Assembly: GCF_009914755.1 (NCBI RefSeq)
Contig: NC_060927.1
Strand: one strand, 5' to 3'
Source: the human T2T-CHM13v2.0 reference genome, Homo sapiens
Length of the DNA stretch: 64,000 nt
The translations under genes were made by a program, and so were the position numbers. Under the pieces are notes generated by a model that worked only from the letters and a program-made list of their open reading frames with translations, ran no database searches and was not told the DNA's origin. Shown in pieces: positions 55,101 to 64,000 of this stretch. Position 1 is the first letter of the stretch. Each line of letters starts with the position of its first letter.

Positions 55101-58100
55101 CTAGTTTTTATACGAAGATATTTCCTTTCCTACCATTCACTTCAAAGCGCTTGAAGTCTCCCCCTGAAAATTCCACAAAAAGTGTTTCCAATCTGCTCCG
55201 CCTAAAGGAAGCTTCAACTCTGTGACTTGAATACCCACAACCCAAAGAAGTTACTGAGAATTCTTCTGTCTAGCATTATATGAAGAAATCCCGTTTCCAA
55301 CGAAGGCCTCAAATACATCCAAATATCCAGTTGCTGACTTTACAAACTGAGTGTTTCCAAACTGCTCTATGAAAAGAAAGGTTAAACACTGTGAGTTGAA
55401 CACACACGTACCAAAGTAGTTTCTGAGAATGATTCTATCTAGTTTGCATACGAAGATATTTCCTTTTCTACCATTGGCCTCAAAGCTCTGAAATCTCCAC
55501 TTGCAAATTCCACAAAAAGAGAGTTTCAAATCTGCTGTTTCTAAAGGAAAGTTCAACTCTGAGAGTTGAATACACACCAGAAAAAGCAGTTACTGAGAAG
55601 TCTTCTGTCTAGCATTATATGAAGAAATCCCATTTCCAACGAAGACTTCAAAGAGGTCCAAATATCCACTTGCAGATTCTGCAAAAAGAGTGTTTCGAAA
55701 CAACTGTATGAAAAGAAAGGTTAAACACTGTGAGTTGAACGCACACATTGCAAAGCAGTTTCTGAGAATGATTCCGTCTAATTATTATACGAAGGTATTT
55801 CCTTTTCTATCATTGGTCTCAAAGCGCTTGATACCTCCACCTGAAAATTCCACAAAAAGAGTGTTTCCAATCTACTCTGTCTAAAGGAACGTTCAACTCT
55901 GTGAGTTGAATACACACACACAGAAAGAATTCACTGAGAATTCTTCTGTCTGGCATTACATGAAGAAATCCCGTTTCCAACGAAGGCCTCAAAGAGGTCC
56001 AAATATCCACTTGCAGATTCTGCAAAAAGAGTGTTTCAAAACCGCTCCATTAAAAGGAATGTTGAACTCTGTGAGTTGAATGCAAACATCACAACTCAGT
56101 TTCTGAGAATGCTTCTGACTAGATTTTATGGTAAGATATTTCCTTTTCTACCGTAGGCTTCAATGCCCTCTAAATACACCCTTGCAAATTCTACAAAGAG
56201 ACTGTTTCATAACTGCTCTATAGGAAGAAAGGTTCAACACTGTGAGTTGAATGCAGAGATCACAACGTGGTTTCTGCAAATGATTCTTTGTAGTTTTTAC
56301 ATGAAGATATTTCGTTGTCAACCGTAGGCTTCAAAGCACTCAAAGTATTCACTTGGAACTTTTACAAAAAGAGTGTTAGAAAACTGCTCTTTCCAAAGTA
56401 AGTTTCAACTCTGTGAGTTGAATGCACACATAACAATCAAGAAGTTTCTGAGAATTCTTCTGTCCTGGTTTATATGAAAAAATCCCGTTTCCAACGAAGG
56501 CCTCAAAGACGTTTAAATATCCACTTGCAGACTTCACAAACAGAGTGTTTCCAAACTGCTCTATGAAAAGAAAGGTTAAACTCTGTGAGTTGAACGCACA
56601 CATCACAAAGTAGCTTCTGAGAATGATACTGTCTAGTTTTTATACGAAGATATTTCCTTTCTACCATTGGTGTCAAAGCGCTAGAATTCTCCACTTGCAA
56701 ATTCCACAAAAAGAGTGTTTCCAATCTGCTCTGTCTAAAGGAAGGTTCAACTCTGTGAGTTGAATACACACACACAAAGAAGCTACTGAGAATTCTTTTG
56801 TCAAGAATTATAAGAAGAAATCCCGTTTCCAACGAAGGCCTCAAAGAGTTCCAAATATCCACTTGCACACTGCACAAACTAAGTCTTTCCAAACTGCTCT
56901 ATGCAAAGAAATGTTCAACTCTGTGAGTTTAATACACACATCACAAAGCAGTTTCTGAGAATGATACTGTCTAGTTTTTATACGAAGATATTTCCTTTTG
57001 TACCATTGGCCTCATACTGCTAGAATTTTCCACTTGCAAATTCCACAAAAAGAGTGTTTCCAATCCGCTCTGTCTAAAGGAAGGTTCAACTCTCTGATTT
57101 GAATACATACATCCCAAAAGAAGTTACTGAGAATTCTTCTGTCTAGCATTATGTGAAGAAATCCCGTTTCCAACGAAAGCCTCAAAGAGGTCCAAATATC
57201 CAGTTGCAGAATTTACAAACTGACTGTTTCCAAACTCATCTATGAAAAGAAAGGTTAAACTCTGGGAGTTGAATGCACATATCACAAAGTAGTTCCTGAG
57301 AATGATTCTGTCTAGTTTTTATACGAAGATATTTCCTTTTCCACCAATGGCCTCAAAGTGCTTGAAATCTCCCCTTGCAAATTCCACAGACAAGTGTTTC
57401 AAATCTACACTGTCTAAAGGAAGGTTCAACCCTGTGAGTTGAATACACACACACAGAAAAAAATTCACTGAGAATTCTATTGTCTATCATTACACGAAGA
57501 AATCCCGTTTACTACGAAGGCCTCAAAGAGGTCCAAATATCCAGCTGCAGACATTACAAACTGAGTGTTTCCAAAGTGCTCTATGAAAAGAAGTGTTAAA
57601 CACTGTGAGTTCAATGCACACATCCCAAAGCAGTTTCTGAGAATGATGCCGTCTATTTTTTCTACGAAGATATTTCCTTTTCTGCCGTTGGCCTCAAAGC
57701 GCTTGAAATCTCCACTTGCAAATTCCACAAAAAGAGAGTTTCAAATCTGCTCTGTCTAAAGGAAGGTTCAACTCTGTGAGTTGAATACACACCACAAAAA
57801 GAAGTTACTGAGAATTCTTCTGTCTAGCATTATATGAAAAATCCCGTTTCCAACGAAGGCCACAAAGAGGTCCAAATATCCACTTGCAGATTCTGCAAAA
57901 AGAGTGTTTCCAAACTGCTCTATGAAAAGAAACGTTAAACTCTGTGAGTTGAACGCAAACATCACAAAGTAGTTTCTGAGAATGACTCCGTCTAGTTTTT
58001 ATACGAAGATATTTCCTTTCCTACCATTCACTTCAAAGCGCTTGAAGTCTCCCCCTGAAAATTCCACAAAAAGTGTTTCCAATCTGCTCCGCCTAAAGGA

Positions 58101-61100
58101 AGCTTCAACTCTGTGACTTGAATACCCACAACCCAAAGAAGTTACTGAGAATTCTTCTGTCTAGCATTATATGAAGAAATCCCGTTTCCAACGAAGGCCT
58201 CAAATACATCCAAATATCCAGTTGCTGACTTTACAAACTGAGTGTTTCCAAACTGCTCTATGAAAAGAAAGGTTAAACACTGTGAGTTGAACACACACGT
58301 ACCAAAGTAGTTTCTGAGAATGATTCTGTCTAGTTTGCATACGAAGATATTTCCTTTTCTACCATTGGCCTCAAAGCTCTGAAATCTCCACTTGCAAATT
58401 CCACAAAAAGAGAGTTTCAAATCTGCTGTTTCTAAAGGAAAGTTCAACTCTGAGAGTTGAATACACACCAGAAAAAGCAGTTACTGAGAAGTCTTCTGTC
58501 TAGCATTATATGAAGAAATCCCATTTCCAACGAAGACTTCAAAGAGGTCCAAATATCCACTTGCAGATTCTGCAAAAAGAGTGTTTCGAAACAACTGTAT
58601 GAAAAGAAAGGTTAAACACTGTGAGTTGAACGCACACATTGCAAAGCAGTTTCTGAGAATGATTCCGTCTAATTATTATACGAAGGTATTTCCTTTTCTA
58701 TCATTGGTCTCAAAGCGCTTGATACCTCCACCTGAAAATTCCACAAAAAGAGTGTTTCCAATCTACTCTGTCTAAAGGAACGTTCAACTCTGTGAGTTGA
58801 ATACACACACACAGAAAGAATTCACTGAGAATTCTTCTGTCTGGCATTACATGAAGAAATCCCGTTTCCAACGAAGGCATCAAAGAGGTCCAAATATCCA
58901 CTTGCAGATTCTGCAAAAAGAGTGTTTCAAAACCGCTCCATTAAAAGGAATGTTGAACTCTGTGAGTTGAATGCAAACATCACAACTCAGTTTCTGAGAA
59001 TGCTTCTGACTAGATTTTATGGTAAGATATTTCCTTTTCTACCGTAGGCTTCAATGCCCTCTAAATACACCCTTGCAAATTCTACAAAGAGACTGTTTCA
59101 TAACTGCTCTATAGGAAGAAAGGTTCAACACTGTGAGTTGAATGCAGAGATCACAACGTGGTTTCTGCGAATGATTCTTTGTAGTTTTTACATGAAGATA
59201 TTTCGTTGTCAACCGTAGGCTTCAAAGCACTCAAAGTATTCACTTGGAACTTTTACAAAAAGAGTGTTAGAAAACTGCTCTTTCCAAAGTAAGGTTCAAC
59301 TCTGTGAGTTGAATGCACACATAACAATCAAGAAGTTTCTGAGAATTCTTCTGTCCTGGTTTATATGAAAAAATCCCGTTTCCAACGAAGGCCTCAAAGA
59401 CGTTTAAATATCCACTTGCAGACTTCACAAACAGAGTGTTTCCAAACTGCTCTATGAAAAGAAAGGTTAAACTCTGTGAGTTGAACGCACACATCACAAA
59501 GTAGCTTCTGAGAATGATACTGTCTAGTTTTTATACGAAGATATTTCCTTTCTACCATTGGTGTCAAAGCGCTAGAATTCTCCACTTGCAAATTCCACAA
59601 AAAGAGTGTTTCCAATCTGCTCTGTCTAAAGGAAGGTTCAACTCTGTGAGTTGAATACACACACACAAAGAAGCTACTGAGAATTCTTTTGTCAAGAATT
59701 ATAAGAAGAAATCCCGTTTCCAACGAAGGCCTCAAAGAGTTCCAAATATCCACTTGCACACTGCACAAACTAAGTCTTTCCAAACTGCTCTATGCAAAGA
59801 AATGTTCAACTCTGTGAGTTTAATACACACATCACAAAGCAGTTTCTGAGAATGATACTGTCTAGTTTTTATACGAAGATATTTCCTTTTGTACCGTTGG
59901 CCTCATACTGCTAGAATTTTCCACTTGCAAATTCCACAAAAAGAGTGTTTCCAATCCGCTCTGTCTAAAGGAAGGTTCAACTCTCTGATTTGAATACATA
60001 CATCCCAAAAGAAGTTACTGAGAATTCTTCTGTCTAGCATTATGTGAAGAAATCCCGTTTCCAACGAAAGCCTCAAAGAGGTCCAAATATCCAGTTGCAG
60101 AATTTACAAACTGACTGTTTCCAAACTCATCTATGAAAAGAAAGGTTAAACTCTGGGAGTTGAATGCACATATCACAAAGTAGTTCCTGAGAATGATTCT
60201 GTCTAGTTTTTATACGAAGATATTTCCTTTTCCACCAATGGCCTCAAAGTGCTTGAAATCTCCCCTTGCAAATTCCACAGACAAGTGTTTCAAATCTACA
60301 CTGTCTAAAGGAAGGTTCAACCCTGTGAGTTGAATACACACACACAGAAAAAAATTCACTGAGAATTCTATTGTCTATCATTACACGAAGAAATCCCGTT
60401 TACTACGAAGGCCTCAAAGAGGTCCAAATATCCAGCTGCAGACATTACAACCTGAGTGTTTCCAAAGTGCTCTATGAAAAGAAGTGTTAAACACTGTGAG
60501 TTCAATGCACACATCCCAAAGCAGTTTCTGAGAATGATTCCGTCTATTTTTTCTACGAAGATATTTACTTTTCTACCTTTGGCCTCAAAGCGCTTGAAAT
60601 CTCCACTTGCAAATTCCACAAAAAGAGAGTTTCAAATCTGCTCTGTCTAAAGGAAGGTTCAACTCTGTGAGTTGAATACACACCACAAAAAGAAGTTACT
60701 GAGAATTCTTCTGTCTAGCATTATATGAAAAATCCCGTTTCCAACGAAGGCCACAAAGAGGTCCAAATATCCACTTGCAGATTCTGCAAAAAGAGTGTTT
60801 CCAAACTGCTCTATGAAAAGAAACGTTAAACTCTGTGAGTTGAACGCAAACATCACAAAGTAGTTTCTGAGAATGACTCCGTCTAGTTTTTATACGAAGA
60901 TATTTCCTTTCCTACCATTCACTTCAAAGCGCTTGAAGTCTCCCCCTGAAAATTCCACAAAAAGTGTTTCCAATCTGCTCCGCCTAAAGGAAGCTTCAAC
61001 TCTGTGACTTGAATACCCACAACCCAAAGAAGTTACTGAGAATTCTTCTGTCTAGCATTATATGAAGAAATCCCGTTTCCAACGAAGGCCTCAAATACAT

Positions 61101-64000
61101 CCAAATATCCAGTTGCTGACTTTACAAACTGAGTGTTTCCAAACTGCTCTATGAAAAGAAAGGTTAAACACTGTGAGTTGAACACACACGTACCAAAGTA
61201 GTTTCTGAGAATGATTCTGTCTAGTTTGCATACGAAGATATTTCCTTTTCTACCATTGGCCTCAAAGCTCTGAAATCTCCACTTGCAAATTCCACAAAAA
61301 GAGAGTTTCAACTCTGCTGTTTCTAAAGGAAAGTTCAACTCTGAGAGTTGAATACACACCAGAAAAAGCAGTTACTGAGAAGTCTTCTGTCTAGCATTAT
61401 ATGAAGAAATCCCATTTCCAACGAAGACTTCAAAGAGGTCCAAATATCCACTTGCAGATTCTGCAAAAAGAGTGTTTCGAAACAACTGTATGAAAAGAAA
61501 GGTTAAACACTGTGAGTTGAACGCACACATTGCAAAGCAGTTTCTGAGAATGATTCCGTCTAATTATTATACGAAGGTATTTCCTTTTCTATCATTGGCC
61601 TCAAAGCGCTTGATACCTCCACCTGAAAATTCCACAAAAAGAGTGTTTCCAATCTACTCTGTCTAAAGGAACGTTCAACTCTGTGAGTTGAATACACACA
61701 CACAGAAAGAATTCACTGAGAATTCTTCTGTCTGGCATTACATGAAGAAATCCCGTTTCCAACGAAGGCCTCAAAGAGGTCCAAATATCCACTTGCAGAT
61801 TCTGCAAAAAGAGTGTTTCAAAACCGCTCCATTAAAAGGAATGTTGAACTCTGTGAGTTGAATGGAAACATCACAACTCAGTTGCTGAGAATGCTTCTGA
61901 CTAGATTTTATGGTAAGATATTTCCTTTTCTACCGTAGGCTTCAATGCCCTCTAAATACACCCTTGCAAATTCTACAAAGAGACTGTTTCATAACTGCTC
62001 TATAGGAAGAAAGGTTCAACTCTGTGAGTTGAATGCAGAGATCACAACGTGGTTTCTGCGAATGATTCTTTGTAGTTTTTACAGGAAGATATTTCGTTGT
62101 CAACCGTAGGCTTCAAAGCACTCAAAGTATTCACTTGGAACTTTTACAAAAAGAGTGTTAGAAAACTGCTCTTTCCAAAGTAAGGTTCAACTCTGTGAGT
62201 TGAATGCACACATAACAATCAAGAAGTTTCTGAGAATTCTTCTGTCCTGGTTTATATGAAAAAATCCCGTTTCCAACGAAGGCCTCAAAGACGTTTAAAT
62301 ATCCACTTGCAGACTTCACAAACAGAGTGTTTCCAAACTGCTCTATGAAAAGAAAGGTTAAACTCTGTGAGTTGAACGCACACATCACAAAGTAGCTTCT
62401 GAGAATGATACTGTCTAGTTTTTATACGAAGATATTTCCTTTCTACCATTGGTGTCAAAGCGCTAGAATTCTCCACTTGCAAATTCCACAAAAAGAGTGT
62501 TTCCAATCTGCTCTGTCTAAAGGAAGGTTCAACTCTGTGAGTTGAATACACACACACAAAGAAGCTACTGAGAATTCTTTTGTCAAGAATTATAAGAAGA
62601 AATCCCGTTTCCAACGAAGGCCTCAAAGAGTTCCAAATATCCACTTGCACACTGCACAAACTAAGTCTTTCCAAACTGCTCTATGCAAAGAAATGTTCAA
62701 CTCTGTGAGTTTAATACACACATCACAAAGCAGTTTCTGAGAATGATACTGTCTAGTTTTTATACGAAGATATTTCCTTTTGTACCATTGGCCTCATACT
62801 GCTAGAATTTTCCACTTGCAAATTCCACAAAAAGAGTGTTTCCAATCCGCTCTGTCTAAAGGAAGGTTCAACTCTCTGATTTGAATACATACATCCCAAA
62901 AGAAGTTACTGAGAATTCTTCTGTCTAGCATTATGTGAAGAAATCCCGTTTCCAACGAAAGCCTCAAAGAGGTCCAAATATCCAGTTGCAGAATTTACAA
63001 ACTGACTGTTTCCAAACTCATCTATGAAAAGAAAGGTTAAACTCTGGGAGTTGAATGCACATATCACAAAGTAGTTCCTGAGAATGATTCTGTCTAGTTT
63101 TTATACGAAGATATTTCCTTTTCCACCAATGGCCTCAAAGTGCTTGAAATCTCCCCTTGCAAATTCCACAGACAAGTGTTTCAAATCTACACTGTCTAAA
63201 GGAAGGTTCAACCCTGTGAGTTGAATACACACACACAGAAAAAAATTCACTGAGAATTCTATTGTCTATCATTACACGAAGAAATCCCGTTTACTACGAA
63301 GGCCTCAAAGAGGTCCAAATATCCAGCTGCAGACATTACAAACTGAGTGTTTCCAAAGTGCTCTATGAAAAGTAGTGTTAAACACTGTGAGTTCAATGCA
63401 CACATCCCAAAGCAGTTTCTGAGAATGATGCCGTCTATTTTTTCTACGAAGATATTTCCTTTTCTGCCGTTGGCCTCAAAGCGCTTGAAATCTCCACTTG
63501 CAAATTCCACAAAAAGAGAGTTTCAAATCTGCTCTGTCTAAAGGAAGGTTCAACTCTGTGAGTTGAATACACACCACAAAAAGAAGTTACTGAGAATTCT
63601 TCTGTCTAGCATTATATGAAAAATCCCGTTTCCAACGAAGGCCACAAAGAGGTCCAAATATCCACTTGCAGATTCTGCAAAAAGAGTGTTTCCAAACTGC
63701 TCTATGAAAAGAAACGTTAAACTCTGTGAGTTGAACGCAAACATCACAAAGTAGTTTCTGAGAATGACTCCGTCTAGTTTTTATACGAAGATATTTCCTT
63801 TCCTACCATTCACTTCAAAGCGCTTGAAGTCTCCCCCTGAAAATTCCACAAAAAGTGTTTCCAATCTGCTCCGCCTAAAGGAAGCTTCAACTCTGTGACT
63901 TGAATACCCACAACCCAAAGAAGTTACTGAGAATTCTTCTGTCTAGCATTATATGAAGAAATCCCGTTTCCAACGAAGGCCTCAAATACATCCAAATATC

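Larger units (their letters stand above)
1..64000 (-). repeat. Alpha-satellite higher-order repeat array (17-mer, 2,891 bp unit), continuous across the window
   Basis: Alphoid motifs (CAACTCTGTGAGTTGAA, TTCTGAGAATG, CCACTTGCAAATTCCACAAAAAGAGTGTTTC) recur every ~170 bp. Near-identical 2,891-bp periodicity is visible in the sequence and in the ORF track (87, 2978, 5869, 8760...). Copy starts in window phase: 1, 2892, 5783, 8674, 11563, 14116, 17007, 19898, 22789, 25680, 28571, 31461, 34352, 37243, 40134, 43025, 45916, 48807, 51698, 54588, 57479, 60370, 63261 (partial). CENP-B boxes read as reverse complement on +. Confidence 0.99.

Noticed and set aside
87-63747. About 160 ORFs of 62-129 aa recurring every 2,891 bp on both strands
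   Set aside because: They are chance open frames in alpha satellite. They overlap on opposite strands, resemble each other only through monomer homology, show no recognisable domains, and are created or destroyed freely by SNVs and indels.
1-64000. CRISPR-like array (conserved motifs at regular spacing)
   Set aside because: The intervening sequences are homologous monomer bodies, not unique spacers. The period is ~170 bp and there are no cas genes.
1-64000. Transposon insertion (L1/Alu), inversion or non-satellite island
   Set aside because: The HOR period is accounted for throughout (2891 except 2889, 2553, 2890 and 2890), all CENP-B boxes have the same orientation, and I saw no poly-A tail or foreign sequence.
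1-64000. Claim that this window is the kinetochore-forming (CENP-A) domain, or a previously undescribed biological system
   Set aside because: High homogeneity and dense CENP-B boxes indicate an active-type array, but CENP-A position is epigenetic and cannot be read from sequence. Everything seen fits known alpha-satellite biology.

Overview
The whole window is primate (human-type) centromeric alpha-satellite DNA, not coding sequence. ~171-bp monomers form a 17-monomer higher-order repeat (HOR) of 2,891 bp, present as 22 complete copies plus a 740-bp partial copy. All copies are head-to-tail and reverse-oriented relative to the conventional alpha-satellite strand. The dimeric ~340-bp CENP-B-box/EcoRI rhythm, the 17-mer 2.9-kb unit and one HindIII site per unit best fit the human chromosome 3 active array D3Z1. 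All listed ORFs are repeat artefacts, and I find no genes, RNA genes, transposons or CRISPR arrays. I did not find a novel biological system. The notable signal is in the copy-to-copy variation: one 15-mer deletion variant with a 46-bp perfect-homology junction; three HOR haplotypes (P, Q, R) arranged in ~8.67-kb three-HOR super-repeats; chimeric copies; a haplotype shift near 37-43 kb; several CENP-B box knockouts; and shared variants rich in transversions (T>G/A>C). Variant tallies were made by eye and need confirming by alignment.
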